DNA of 64,000 nucleotides from Bigelowiella natans CCMP2755 (lineage: Eukaryota; Protista; Cercozoa): the NCBI GenBank assembly GCA_000320545.1, contig ADNK01000036.1, positions 86,678 to 150,677 on the forward strand, in the 5' to 3' direction. Below are positions 1-14,629 of the stretch, one piece after another. Below the pieces are notes generated by a model. The model had not been told where the DNA came from, did no database searches, and worked only from the letters and a program-made list of their open reading frames with translations. Position numbers and translations under genes: made by a program. Every line of letters starts with the position of its first letter. Position 1 is the first letter of the stretch.

Positions 1-15
1 AATTGTACTTCCAGT

Positions 16-3000
16 ATGCAATATATTCAAGGCCGCTTCGAGGAGCATGCGAGGAAATTTGTTGAGTCCAAAAACAGTACGTCTCAATTAGCGTGAACGT
101 CCGTGTCTTGTTTTGACTTAGTTCCTGACTATCAGATGTCGAAGAGAGGCTGAAACTGGTTACCAGCTTTAGAGAGAGCATAGAAATTGCCCATACCTCT
201 GAGTATGAAAATTTCTTGAAGTGCCTATTTCCCGTCTTCCGCAAGTAAGCTTTCTATTCTATTCTGTGTAGTCTGGTCATGTTTTAACTTACGACCTTTT
301 TAGTGCCCTACGGGAGGGAGCACCCATGTATATGGAGTGTAATGAACAGAAGATTCGTAATGTGTTGTTGGAGATACTGAATCGGCTGCCGAATAACGAG
401 GTAAAGAAGTGTTCGGTATGCTGCCGAAACAGTTCAGTCATAGTTGAATTATTTCCATTTAGGTTCTAAGGCCTTACGTAAGCGACCTTTTGAGGCTAGT
501 CATGGAGATATTATCGATTGATAACCAAGAAAATGCTTTGATATGCCTACGCATCATCTTTGATGTACACAAGAATTTCAGTCCGAAACTTGAGACCGAG
601 GTCCAACCTTTCATCAACTTCTTCATCAATCTGTACAAGAATCTTCCACAGACAGTTCAGCTTGTATTTTCCCGCCAACCAAATCGAATTGCAATAGCTT
701 CAGATGGTACGCATGTGAAAGTATTGTGCAAGAGCGTTGAGTCGTTTAAGGTTCTCACAGAATGTCCACTTATCGTGATGCTCCTGTTCCAGCTTTACCC
801 AGGATATGTTGAAACCAACATTCATCACCTCATCCCGCTGATGATGCGAGCTTTGAATATTCAACCTCCGACAAATTTGACGCAGCAACACAGCCAGTTG
901 TACAGTGACTTTATCGCTGCTCAAGTCAAAACTCTCTCTTTCCTCACCTATGTACTGAGAGGATTTGCGGATAGGATGCATCCTCATCAAGACAACCTTT
1001 CAAAGTGCGTGATTCAGCTGCTTTTGAATTGCCCTACGTCCTCAATTAATAGCCGAAAGGAGCTTCTAGTAGCAACCAGACACATTCTCGCGACTAACTT
1101 TCGGAAAGGATTCTTCAAAAAAATCAACATGATGTTGAAGGAGGAGGTGTTGATTGGCCAGGGCAGAGCGCATGAGATCGTTCGACCGTTAGCATACAGC
1201 ACCTTAGCAGATCTAGTACACCATGTCAGAGGGGATCTTACGATAGACCAGCTTTCAAAAGTTATTTATATTTTCTCAAGAAATATACATGACAACACCT
1301 TGCCGTTGAGTATCCAGACTGCATCGGTTCGTTTGATTCTGACGCTCGTAGACCACATATATCGGACTTCAGACTCCCAAGATAGAGGGAGAACCTTACT
1401 GGTTCGAATATTAAGTGCTCTCGTTAATAAATTCGACACGCTGAAGGACTATATCCCAAAGCTAATCGACCTTGTGAACAAGAAAAAGAAGAAAGTTCAA
1501 GCCCAAGGCCACACTTGGACTTTGGCGTACACTCCTAGGACCGAAGAAGAATTTCCCGGTGATAGTGTCAGGGAGGTGAAGCAATTGATGTTCACAATGG
1601 TTTTTGGACTGAAAACTGTAGTATGGTGTATTTCAAACTTTCGAAGTCATGCTCATTCTTCACAAAGACGGCCGATGGTACTAGATGAAGAGGAATGCAG
1701 AATTGTCGCCAGATTTTTGCAGCACGGACTGGAGTGCTTCAAGATCTACACCATACCGGGATTTACAAGATCTCGTTCGGTGCAAACAGTACAGATAGAG
1801 AAAGATGTACTTGAGCATTTCGCAAGTGTGTTCACGGTGCTGGATCCAAGGAGCTTCCGCGATGTCTTCAGCGTTCAGATAGAAACGCTCTTCAAACAAA
1901 TAGTTGCGAACCAGAGGCTGCACATGCATATGTTAATTATTCCACAACACTTTCTCTCGAGCTCAAACGTATCGAAGGTCTTCGCGGATATTCTTCTGTC
2001 GTTTCTGACGAAGAAGATGAAAGACATGGCTATACCATCTAGCGAATCGCCAGTATCCTTGGTTCTGCTCAACTTGTTCCGAATTGTTTTCGGCTCTGTC
2101 ACTCTCTTTGCAGAGAATGAAACAGTCCTCCGACCTTATCTTAACAACATAGTGTCAACAGCAATGAAACTAATAAAAGAAGTTAAACATCCTACCAACT
2201 ACCTTTCACTTCTACGATTCCTATTCCGATCTATTGGAGGCGGCAAGTTCGAGCTACTGTACAAAGAATTCTTGCCTCTTCTCCCGGGGTTATTGCAGGG
2301 TTTGATGCATATTCAAGCACGGGGACCGCAAGCAATACGCGAAATTTCGATAGAGCTATGCCTGACAGTCCCCGCACGGCTATCGTCTCTACTTCAATTT
2401 ATTCCCCTCCTGGTTCAAGCAGTTGTTCTAGCTTTAAAGGCAAAAGATGAGCAAGTTATTAAGCTCGGACTCCGTACTCTGGAATTTTGGGTGGACAATT
2501 TGAACCCTGAATATCTCTATCCTCATATGTGCACAGTCCTCTCGGATCTCATGAGGGCATTGTGTGCTTTGCTACGCCCTCATCCTTCTCCATTCGGAGT
2601 CACGGCTTTGAGCGTTCTAGGGAAGTTGGGCGGCAGAAATCGAAGGTTCCTAATCGAAGCATTCGATGTTGATAATGAGCTTTCCTCCGAACAGGGACTG
2701 CTGTTAACCATGGCATTCGCCCCACGACATTCGTTCCAACTTCCGATGGACAAGCTGATCCATTTCGCGGGCAAAATCATCACAAGGTCACCACGATCAG
2801 GCCTAAGCGTGGAAGAAGACAACAATGCCAAGAAGCAAGCTTTCCTATTCCTGAGAACTTGTATGATGGTGATGATTGACCGTAGTATCCACGTTGCAAG
2901 CCCGGAATTCATCAAATCGTTGAAGAAAATTTACACCGAGGATAAAACGAAATTGCCAGAGGAATTCATGCCGAGCGACGCAAAGCGTGGTGAGATCTAA

Positions 3001-6000
3001 TGCATTCATACATGAGAATATCACCATAATTTTCCTCCCTATTTTGATTTTTTAAAAGCGTATCCTGAGTTTATCATGTTCCTCTTGTTTCTCAGGTGTA
3101 GAGGATCACGTGAAAAGCATCCAGCCGTGCTCAACAGTTCAGAATCGAAACGTATCGACCGTTGTCCGAAATCGATCCTTCATATTCATCAAGGAGCACA
3201 TATTCAAGGAGCTCTGCAGGTGTATGATAATTGCATCCTCTATCAAGCACCTGGAGGAGGATAAAGAGACAGAATCGAAGAAGTTCTTGCGATCGATATC
3301 GCAACACTTCGCTTTGTTATTCACTTTCTCCCAAAGGAGCCTTGGTGAATCCGAAGCCTACCATTTAGACGCGAAAGTGTTTCTGGATGCCATTGTAGAA
3401 GTAATGTGCCATGAGAATCGGGATTGGTTCAAAGCGTCCAAGGCAACCTTGGATACATTGCTGAACATCTTCGTCCAGGTTCTAGGAAAGGAACGGGCGG
3501 GAACCTTACCTGTCTTGAACGAGTTGCTCTCGAAACTCTCTCACTGTTGTTACCAAGACATGTGGGAAACTCGACATGCTGGGTGCATGGGCTTAGCATC
3601 TGTTTGTGACAAGATGTCTCCCGCCTGGGTGAGGAATAATCAGGGGGAGCTGATTCGAGCTTTCATGTTCACCTTCCGGGACTCGTACTCGGAATTCGCG
3701 AAAAGGACTGCAGATCAAGCGAACGCGTCGTTGGACAAAGTGGTTGGGATATCGTGTTCGTATCAGGGTCCCTCTCAGCAGGCCGCTGCTGCGGCTGCTG
3801 CTGCAAGTCCTCAAGTTGGGACTCCGCAAGTGCCTGGAGGGACACCAGTGCCTTCACCTTTCAAAAGTGCTGGACAGCAGCGGCCGTTCCAAGCATCACC
3901 GGACGGGAAAGCCGTGCTTCCAGCAAATGCGCAGCAGAAATCCAGCATCACCAAAAATCTTGTCACAATTTTAGCCCCTGAGCTTATATCAGGGATATAT
4001 GAGGTGAGAAAGGGCGCACATAGGCTACTTGGCTTGGTTTCGAAACTTTCGGGTACGACCGTAGCAAGTATCTTGATGCAGTACAGAACACGTCTTCTCG
4101 CACCGGTTCTGCAGCAGTCGCTGCATGCTGTGCCTATGAGCATTCGCATTGGATACATTAGCGCCGCAACGTACTGTCTATCTCTCCGGCCGCCCCTTGT
4201 TACCGTCAGTGATCTTCTGTACCTTCTGAAAGATGCAATCGCTGATGCAAGAGACGAAAACAACGCGAATCACTCTTCAACTGGTATCCAGGGAAGGACC
4301 GGGCGCGTACAGCTGCTGAACCGGCTCCAAGTTGAAGATATAAAGCTTATGTCAGCGGCGCTCGCTGATGACGTGAAGAAAAAGCCCCCTGATTACCAGG
4401 ATATCAAGAACAATCTTATCCGCGTCTTCTTTGGCTCTCTTCTCAGCCGCACGCCTGAAATAGTTCAGGTAGCAAAAGAGGGACTGAAAAAGGTGATAGA
4501 ACGGGAAAAGTTACCGAAGGAGCTCCTGCAGCAATGCATGCGTCCGATCTTACTGAATTTGGCAGACATTCGCAAGCTTTGTATGCCCCTTCTGGATGGT
4601 CTCTCCCGGCTTTTAGAGCTTCTCAGTAACTGTTTTAATGTTACCCTTGGCGAGAAATTGCTGGATCACATGAGAAAGTTTGCAGATCCGGAGGTGCTGA
4701 ATAAAATGAGGTATGAAAATCTAACTGAGAATGCGGGGACCTCCCGTATGAAGCCTGAGGATGAGGTTCAGGTTGCGGCGTCCATCATTGGGCTTTTCCA
4801 TCTCCTCCCGCCCGCCTCGAAGAAATTTCTTGACCCTTTAGTGCAGATTACCCTTAAATTGGAGAGTATCCTTCCGGCACTCAATTTCTACGGTGGATAT
4901 GGCACCGGTTCAAGTAGTCCGTATCGCGAACCACTTATAAAATTCTTGGTTGTCGAGCCGCAGAAAACTTGCGAGTATTTCTTAAAGAATCTTACCCAAA
5001 AGAAACTAAGCCAGATGTTCCAGGCTATCATGCGGCACGAGAAATGCGATAAGATTCGTCAAGTTGTGATGCAGAGTCCAGAGGACCTTATCCGGCACAC
5101 CTTTGAATGCAAGGCCCCCAACGAAAAAACCCGCACTGACCTCATAATCCAAGGAATCAAAATCGTTCACATTCTCTCCACATTCGATCCGAAGTGGCTC
5201 AGTGGCTGCAAGAAGGTCGTCAATTGTTTGATCAACGTGTGGGATTCTACAGGCCGTCACAAGCGCTTGAAGGACGAGAACGATCTACCAATAGGGCACA
5301 TCCATGAGTCGAAGCTCATTGTCGAGTGCTTGATTCATTATTGCCGGATCCACCGACGCGAGGTGCGTATACTGTGGAAAATGTTGGAGATTCTCCTCTA
5401 TCGCACTTTAGTCGATTTCACGTTCCTAGCCGAATTCTACGAGAAAGAAGTGGCGCAATCATGGGCGCCCGAGGAGAAGAAAACGATTATGAATGGATTT
5501 TTACGCTTCTTCAAGGAAAATGGCAACACACAGAGCCAGCAGCAGAAAATTGAACAGCTGAAAGTGAAGGCACTCCAGCTGATAATTATCCCTATCTTAG
5601 AAAACACTTTCAAGAGTGCGGAGGATGAGCCCAAACCGAAGGCACCACCACCAATCAAGAGCGAGAACAAGAAAGCTGGTGACGGAAAGAAGGCGATGGA
5701 GGTCGAGGTAGAGCCTGAAAGCAAGGTCAAACAGACTAAGGAGACCCAAAAGACCACTAAAGCAAGCGAACGCACTCGCGCAGTTCTTGGAAATGACATG
5801 GTGACGACATTAATAAAGGAGCTTGTCGGCGGTCAGCAGGCTATTCACTACCGAGAAGAACTTCGCGTCCAGTTATTGCGCCTCACGACCCTCCTGATTG
5901 AGCATCTTCACTCACAACTCACCTCATACAGGAAGGATCTCATCAAGTTCGCATGGAATCATTTGAAGAGTGACAACAGCGCAAGTAAGCAATGGGCCTA

Positions 6001-6784
6001 CGTGAATGTCTGCCGGTTCATTGATGTTTACGAGACTCCGCCAAAGATCGTGCTCCAGGTCTATGTCGCACTTCTGCGAACGTACCAGCCTGAAGCTCGT
6101 AAGCTAGTCTCGAAGGCTTTGGATATTATCACGCCAGCCCTGCCAAAGCGATTAACTCTGGGAAAGCACAAGCACCCTACTTGGATTAAGTGGACAAAGA
6201 AGATCATCGTGGAGGAAGGTCATCTGGTTCCCCAGCTGATCCATATTTGGAACTTGATCATTCGGCACCCTGACCTCTTCTACCAAAGTCGTACGCAGTT
6301 CGTACCGCAGATGGTCAACTCCTTGAATCGCCTGGGGCTACCGCAGAACCGCCCTCCCGAAAACCGCAAGCTCGCCCTAGACCTAGCGGACCTGATCATC
6401 CGCTGGGACCGGAAATGTCTTGAGCAACAAGGAGGAGGGGAGGAGAAGAAAGGGCCGGCTGCTGCAAAAGACGAGAATTTGTCTAAGAGGCGAAAGCTGG
6501 AGAATGGAGTTGAGAAGACTGAAGATAAGACGGGAAAGCAGCTGGTGCACAATAAGCAAGCGGCATCTCGTGAGAAGCCTTTCAGACCCAACTCTGTCAT
6601 GGTGGAACTGATCATCACCTTCTTGATACGACTCGGCTTGATGACATGTGAAGTCCACGAAACAAGGTTTCTCTCGATGCGATGCAGCAAGTTGCTCGAG
6701 CAAGCGATGAAAGTGTGGAAGGGGGGAGAGCTTAAGTTCATTTACATTCAGAAGATCTTAAATGCCCCTCAAAACCAGCAGGTA

Positions 6785-6826
<42 letters not shown>

Positions 6827-9800
6827 CTACATAAACAAATATTTTTATTTTTATTTATATTATTGACGTGACGCGATGTGTGTATCAATGAATCTGTTGA
6901 ATGAATATCCTCTTGTTGATGTGAACGTCGTCAGGATCCGTCCGTGCTGTTAACTTGCACCCTCGAAGTCCTCAACATCCTGCTCACCTACCAGCCCAAG
7001 GAGTTTATTGTGAAGCACATCGACGAAATCAAGACCATCCTGAGCAAATGCTACCATCTTCCGAACTTGTCCATTCGAAAAGGCCTATGCGGAGTGGTAT
7101 CGAAGATTGTCAAGGCGCTCCCAGGATTTGCTCCAAGAGGGGGCCTGCCCCTGTCCAGGCTTTCTATGCGACTCTCTGGCTCTGCGTCGCAACCACCGGA
7201 CCCCATTGCCAAGTTCTACTCCAGCTTACGAGAGACTATCGACACGGGTCTAAGGCAGATTCACATGGATAAGCAAGGGATGCGAGCTGCGGACAGGGTG
7301 TCCATACACACGATCATCGCTCTCGTTTCCGAGATATCCAAAGTGTGCACCAACTACATGGACGCGACGTTGTGCACCCACAACGCAGCCTCAGCTGCCG
7401 TATCCGCATCATTCGGGCACCTCATAAAGGCGACCCAGAAATTGGCGAGGGACCACGTTCAGTTCCCCATCCTCAACATCCCTCGCGGGCGCGACACGAC
7501 TACGGCCCAGCGCGAAAACCAGAAGGCAGCGCAAATTTTGGACACCTTGCTCATGGCGCTCACCCTCATTCGCGAACGGGCTCACGCCGTTGGGGATCAC
7601 AAGAAGAACTACTTTCAGACCCTCGTCCTCCTCATCGACAAGTCGAATAACCCGAAACTGCTGCAGCACATCGCAGAAACCGTGCGGGAATGGATGAGCA
7701 ATAGGAATCGATCGGTTGCGAACTTCTCGCACAAGGAAAGAGCCAACTTCATTCGTAAGATGACGCGTTTCGAGGCTCTCAACAACAAGGAGCTCAGCAA
7801 GACTTACCTCGGGATGGTCTTGGAATTATTCGAAGCACACAGGTACATCCAACGACCTGAGTGGCTTTCAAAGCTGCAGGAACCTTTCATGCTAGGCTTG
7901 TGCTGTAAAGACCTTGCTCTTAAGCAGCGATTCCGAGACATATTCCACCAATTTGTCCCCAAGAGCCTCTACTTGAGAATGAACAGCATCCTTGCCACCC
8001 AGGACTGGGAGCCTCTGAAGGACAAGTTCTGGATCAGCCAAGCCTTAGATATGTTGCTAAGCATCTTGGTTGGCAGCGACCCGCTTCGGACCGGCACAGG
8101 GCAGAATCTGATTCCAGCTGTGCAACTCGAGCGTACGACGCAGAAAGACGATACCGCCGAGGACACAAAAACGAGGAGGATGGATGTTGACGTAGACACA
8201 AAATACCCACCAGCTCACTGGGAGCGAGAAGGCATCCCTAAAAACATTGCCGAGATATTAAGTGACTACACGGGCTTTTTGCAACAGCATGCGAATCTTA
8301 CTGTGAAAGACATTCTGATGCCGATGAGGGAGCTCATACACTGTGAGAGAGACTTCGCCGGGGAGCTCTGGGTGCTAATGATTTCCAAGGCTTGGAGCAG
8401 CCTCACGAATGCAGATCGGGACATGCTTGCTGAGCCAATAATCGAGCTGCTGGCCCAACACTGGCACATTTCACAACAATACAAAAACCCGAACCCTGTG
8501 CAGGTGCTTCTGGCAGGGTTTGCCCGATGCAATCCGATGCCACCCATCCGGCCAGAGCTGCTGCTTTACCTTGCTCAGACATACAAATGCTGGCACCTGG
8601 TCTTACGCATCTTGGAGGACCGCGTTCTACGCGGAAACTCGCAGAGTACGATGAACGAGATCGACAACCTCTCTCCAGACTGGGAAGACGCCTTCGACCC
8701 GGACTTCAACACTGCTTCGCACAACGCGCTGCAGGAAGTGTACCATTTGCTCAAGGAGGACAACGTGATGTTTGGGCTGCTGAACCGAAGGGTGAGGAGC
8801 ACGTATTCGCGAGCTGCTCTAGCATTGGAACAGTTTGGTTGGTGGACCCGAGCCCAAGACTCCTTCTTTGCGGCACTGAAGAAGCTGCAGTATCAGCGAC
8901 GCTTCAACATGCCTGATGAGGAACCGTTGCAAGACCAGAAGAAGCAGAAAGGCTCCACGCAGAGAAAACCGACGATCAAGACAGTGAAGATCAAAGGCTT
9001 AAAACAGGCGGTCAAAGTACATCCTCGAAAGCAGAAAAAGGGTACGAAAGCAACCAAATCGTCCTCGCTTTCACGCAAGCCGACCAAAAACGTCAAGATG
9101 AAAGGTCGCATGCGGAAAGGTGGCATGGGAGATAAGATGGATGAAGATGACGTGACCGACGATTCCCTCGCAAACATAGGAGAGGCGGAGTCCGCTATGT
9201 GGCAATCGGAATGGATTAAGTGCGCCCGTCATCTTAACCAGTGGAAGGTACTGTCTGATTTCTCCAGAACCATTAACCATCCTGAGATGCAGCTAGATTG
9301 CTCCTGGCGCCAATCTGAGTGGGAGCGTATGAAAGAAATCTTCGGCACCGACTTCCCAAATCTCCCCAGCGCTGCTGCAGCCTCCACCAGTGCGGCGACG
9401 TCTGACACCGCGGAGGCGAAAAATCTACTCCGAAACTACAGCGCAAAGACGATGCTCTACTACAACTACATGGTCCTGCACGATCGTAAATCTCACGACG
9501 ACACCCAGCTTGAGAGCTTGCTGAACCAGAGCGTCCAAAAAGCACTCTCTGAATGGCAGAAACTTCCCAACTTCGTGTCGAATAGCCACACCGGCTTGCT
9601 GCACAGGTTCCATATTCTCGTCGAGCTGAAAGAGTCGATCGGGATCATCCATGAACTGAACAACTACCGGCGACAGAACCAAGTCCCCAATCTCAAGACG
9701 TTCATCACGACATGGCGCGAGCGCCTGCCAAATAAGTGGGAGGAGATCCCAGTCTGGAGCGAGGTGACGACCTGGAGGAACCAGATGTTCAACTTGATAA

Positions 9801-12800
9801 CTTCCACTTTCCCTATAAACGACATGGGGCATTCTGGATACTCCAGAATGCACGATATTCCTTGGACGTTCATCAAATTCGCTCAGATCGCACGCAAGCA
9901 GCATCTGTCGACCGTGTGTTTGACATCCCTGGCGAAATTATACCGATATCCCTCGATGGAAGCCATGGATGCATTCAGCAAGCTTCGCGAGCATATCAAA
10001 TGCTGTCTGCAGTCTCCAATGGAAATACGCGCGGCTTTGAATATTATCAGCAAGACCAATCTGGAGTATTTCTCCAACGAGCAGAAGGCAGAAATATTCA
10101 GGCTGAAGGGCGAGGCCCTGCAGCACCTCGGATACGGAGACGAAAGCAACACCGCCTTTTCGGCTGCCATATCTATTTGCGACTCGTACGGGAAGGCCTG
10201 GTTGAGCTGGGCTATTTTCTGCGATCGGGTTTTCACGTTGAAGCAGGACTTGCAATGGGCTAAGCATGCTGTGGTGTGCTATCTTCAAGCAATTCGGCAT
10301 AAGAAAAACAGGGCGAGGCTTCTGATCGCCAGGATCCTGTGGCTTCTAAGCTACGATCTTGACCAAGGGCCTGTCAATCAAGCTTTCAAGCGATACACGG
10401 AGCATCTTCCGTCTTGGATATGGCTCTTGTGGATTCCGCAGTTGCTCTCCTCACTTGCGCGCCCCGAGGGGCTTGCGGTGAAAAATATCTTGTGCAAAAT
10501 AGCGCAGCAGTATCCCCAGGCGTTATACTACACTGTGAGGGCCTATCTCATTGAGAAGCGGGAGATTCGCAACAGTGCAGGCTCACGACAAAAGTCTCAT
10601 TCTTCCAAAGCCGCATCAGCCCAGGCGCAGGCCCAGATCCTCGCGGCTGCACGCCAAGTACCGCGACCCGATGTTATTACGCCCGAGGCGAAGAAGTTTG
10701 CAAGCTTCAACATCCACAGCGGCTTGGCAAAGCTGAAGCAAGCGGCGCAGCATCTCCACGTCGTACGCAGTAAAATGGCAGCACAAGGACAGCAGACGAT
10801 GAAGCAGTATGTGGAGTTCGGTGCTCTCCAGGATTACTTCCAGCGGTTGGTCGTGATCTTGCATAATGCTGCGGCAAAAGCTGCGGCGTCGAAGGCTCAT
10901 AGTTCCAACGGAACGACGATGGACGCGAAAGGCAAGATAACCCAGGCTGGACAGGGTGGCGCTGCAACTGTCAAGAAAGAGCATGTTGACCCTAAACAGG
11001 CACAGGCCCAAGCGGCCGCTGCTGCTGCGATGAAGGGAATGCCGATGCAGCAACCAGCCTCGCAGAAACAGGCGATGCAATTGCAGTACCAGCAGCAGCT
11101 ACAGGCTCATCAAATGCGAAATCGGCATCTTCAGATGCAGATGTCGTTGCAGCAGCAACGCAAGCAGCAAGCATCCAAAGCACAGCAGCAACTGGCGCAG
11201 CAGCAGCAGCAGCAGCAGCAGCAATTGGCTCATCGCCAGGCAGCCCAGACAGCAGCCCAAGCTCAGGCGCTGAAGAATCAAGCAATGAAGATTGGCGGCA
11301 GTGCTGGCGCTCAGGGAGCCGCCGCCTCTGCTAGTGCAGCAGCAGCAGCTTCCGGGAGCAAGAAAGGGAGCGATCTATCTTCCTCCTCCGGCTCTGGGCA
11401 CTCTTCCAACGCCATCAAGTGGGTGGAAGACGTTGTGAGCGTTCTCAGGAGGAGCCACCCCACCCTCATGACAGAGGTGGAGAAGATGCTGGATGAATTC
11501 AGCCGTCGTTTCAAACCCGAGCCAGAGGAAGAGCTGTTGGGCGCGGTGCACGCTTTGATCCTCAAGTGCTTCAAGCAGCAGCTCTCCCGCGACGACAAAG
11601 TTCCGCACGTGCTCCAAACGACCATAAAGCGCGTGTGTCGCAAGTTCTTCACGCCAGACCCGAAGATGGGGAACAAGAAGCACCTGGCTTTCGTCCAGAA
11701 GTACAAGCGTAGCTTCGAGCACGATTTCCTCCCGGAGGGATCCCGCTTCCCACTGACACTCGGGATACTCCTCAAGAAGCTCAAACGATGGAAGGCGCAC
11801 CTCCAGTACAAGGTCGGGGAGCGCTCTCAGATCTACTTAAGGCTCGAGAAGCTGTCGCCGTACCTGATCAGGTTCCAGAGCTACGACATCGAAATCCCCG
11901 GGCAGTACCTGACCGACCAGGAGCCTCAGGTGGACCAGAACGTGGTCCTCCACAGGTTTCATCCGGACGTCAAAGTGCATCACACGCACGGCTTCTCCCA
12001 CCGACGCATCGGGATGAGAGGGAACGACGGCAAGCGCTACTCCTTCCTCGTCCAGTACTCGATCTCCCACATCACCCGCAGCGATGAGCGGATGATGCAG
12101 GTGTACGTGCTGTTCAACCGGATGATGGCCAAGTACAAAGAGACCCGAAACCGCAACCTGGTCTTCCACGTCCCCCTGGTGGTTCCACTCACGCACCGCC
12201 TCCGCCTGATGCAGACCAACGAGGCCCACATCTCCCTGGAAGAGGTCTACGAGCAGAGCTGCGCGGTGCGGAGGGTCGACCCCGACCAGCCTTTGCTGAC
12301 GTACCGCGAGATCCTCCACAAGGCCGAGGGCTGCGAGCAGAACGCCAAGGCCAGGCTGAAGGCGTACGACACGATCTGCCACACGGTCGTCCCAGACTAC
12401 ATCCTCTCCCGCTTCATTGACCGTGTTGTAAGGGCTCCAGACCAGTACTGGGCGTTCAAGAAGGAGTTCGCGGCTCAGATCGCGATCTCAGGATTCCTCA
12501 GCTACATCATGAACATCGGGGATAGGTCCCTGTACAAGCTGTCCTTCTCAAAGGTAAAATCATGTTAATGTAATAGCGACGAGAAGAAGAACAACTACCT
12601 ATCGACAAAAACAAAACGCATGATGCGTGTACGCATATATTTGCTTATCCGCCCCCATGCAATCCCGTGTACTCACTCGACGGTGTGAGCCGCACACATA
12701 AGAGGGGCGGAGAATACTGTGATTTGGTTCCAGGATGCAGTGCTCGCCACTCGTGCCGCTGCGTCTCAACTCCTCTTCCACATTAACTGCAATACTAGGA

Positions 12801-12923
12801 CTTGTGATAAATGACGACGACGAGGAATTTAGAAGGACATGCTATTATGCATAGATATAGATATAGATTTTGTATAATAAAAATAATATATACAATATAT
12901 ACACGTATTAATATTTTGTGTAA

Positions 12924-12957
<34 letters not shown>

Positions 12958-13443
12958 TGCCTCAGAAATCTGGACGGATCATAAACTCGGAGTTTTACCC
13001 TGCATACAACGCGTATTACCTGATAGATTGCCAGGAAAGCGTTCCTTTCAGGCTTACTCGTAACATCACAACGTTCTTGACACCCCTGGTAATTGCACAG
13101 CAACAACTACTATTGCTACTGCTACTACTCTTACCAAATCTTCGTATTGGTCATTTGACTTCTTGAGTAGCAGTCCTCTTTTTCTTCTTATTCTTCTTCG
13201 TCTTGAAGTAATCCGACCTTTTCTCATCAATGATCTTGTTTTAAATAGATGGTGGACGGTATCGTCTCGAGCGTTCTCACAGCGGCCAACAGCTGTTTGC
13301 TGCGAAACCAGGACGTGATACGGAACTATCTTTGTCTCTTCATTCGGGATGACCTCTTGTCATGGAACTCAACTAAGATGTCAATGCCGGATGATCGCGG
13401 CCAACGGTAAGAACGAACAATTTTGATTCCCCCACCCCCCCCG

Positions 13444-13479
<36 letters not shown>

Positions 13480-13812
13480 CGTCAATGTATAAATATGCGT
13501 ATCTATTCTTGAAAATTCATCTGGATCCCCTCACTTCCATCAGGCAATTGGAGAGCCAGCTTCGCGACAAGATACGAAACAACGTTAGCTTGATAATAAA
13601 GCGTCTTCATGTCCTAATGCCCTCACAATCGGACACCAAGGTACGGAATAACGACAGCGCAATCGTACTAGTATGAGCTGAAATATTGCTTTGTTTTTCC
13701 AACGCAGAACCCACCTATGCCCATGAACTACAAGGTGTCGCAGCTTATCAAAGACGCGACGGACAAGGAACGCCTTTGTATGATGAGCTCGACTTGGCAG
13801 CCATGGTTCTAG
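16..13812 (+). CDS. TRRAP: Transformation/transcription domain-associated protein (TRRAP/Tra1), PIKK pseudokinase scaffold of SAGA/NuA4; ~10 exons
   Basis: Spliced N-terminus MQYIQGRFEEHARKF..IEIAHTSEYENFLKCLFP..KIRNVLLEILNRLPNNEVLRPYV resembles the Tra1 N-terminus. Large HEAT/FAT exons at ~463-2989, 3096-6781 and 6935-12552. PI3K-like domain lacks the DFG motif (IGDRSLYKLSFSKKSGRIINSEF). FATC end MSSTWQPWF* at 13812. GT-AG introns keep the frame where checked. Confidence 0.95.
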
Positions 13813-14629
13813 AGAACGAAACTGGAATTCGGGATGATGGGAGATAGCAGTATGGGGCTGGTGCTAATGTGTAGAAGCCTTTCGCCATGTGTGAATGATG
13901 CGTGTATCATTAAATAATATTTTTTCATATATCTCTGGATATATAGCTGGATGTACCCACTAAACGTCGTAATTAGAAATCAAATTTATCAAAAAGTTTA
14001 CAAGCAATCATGAATACGCATTCACGTATGAACAAATGTATCTAACTGTTTTGTGTGTGCATGCGTACATGTTGGTCCGATGCTATCATTTTGCTTGCTA
14101 GCTTGGCTGCTTTTTGTTGTACAACGCTCTAATGCATAGGCGTATTCAAATGCACATTCTAGCAACGCTGGTAACGCATGCATGATTGCGGACACGTCGA
14201 CCCATCCAGCTGCATAGCTAGATAGCGATATGAATACCGAAAGCATCAAGAGCATGTACATCTATCAAAAGCACGGAGTGTGCTGTAAAACATTTCTAGC
14301 TGCTAGTAGTTAACTAGTAGTGAGTGCACTTGATCGCCTTGTTGCTATAGCTTAATTTCGCACAGCGAAGGCACGGACAAGGCGAGCGCATGTTCTAGAT
14401 GTTCAAGGAAACTATTTATTAACCTAGCTAGCTAGACATCTTTCAGGTATAGAAGTTATCGTTATCCTCTCGGATCATTATACATGAAATATGTTATCTA
14501 AGCGCATGATCGATTACATGTATGTATGCGAAATTACAGAGCTGTGCATAGACGGTCTGCACGGTACCAAGAGGTTTATGCGCCTGTCCCTTTCTCGAGG
14601 AAAAGTCGGCGATATCTTGATATTATAAA

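Noticed and set aside
700-12382. Antisense and alternate-frame ORFs overlapping TRRAP (likewise the E1, SET and PH genes)
   Set aside because: Shadow ORFs of long coding exons with biased codon use.
12553-12965. Intronic snoRNA in the long TRRAP intron (also the PRMT introns)
   Set aside because: No convincing C/D or H/ACA box pair with a terminal stem; an Infernal/Rfam search would be needed.
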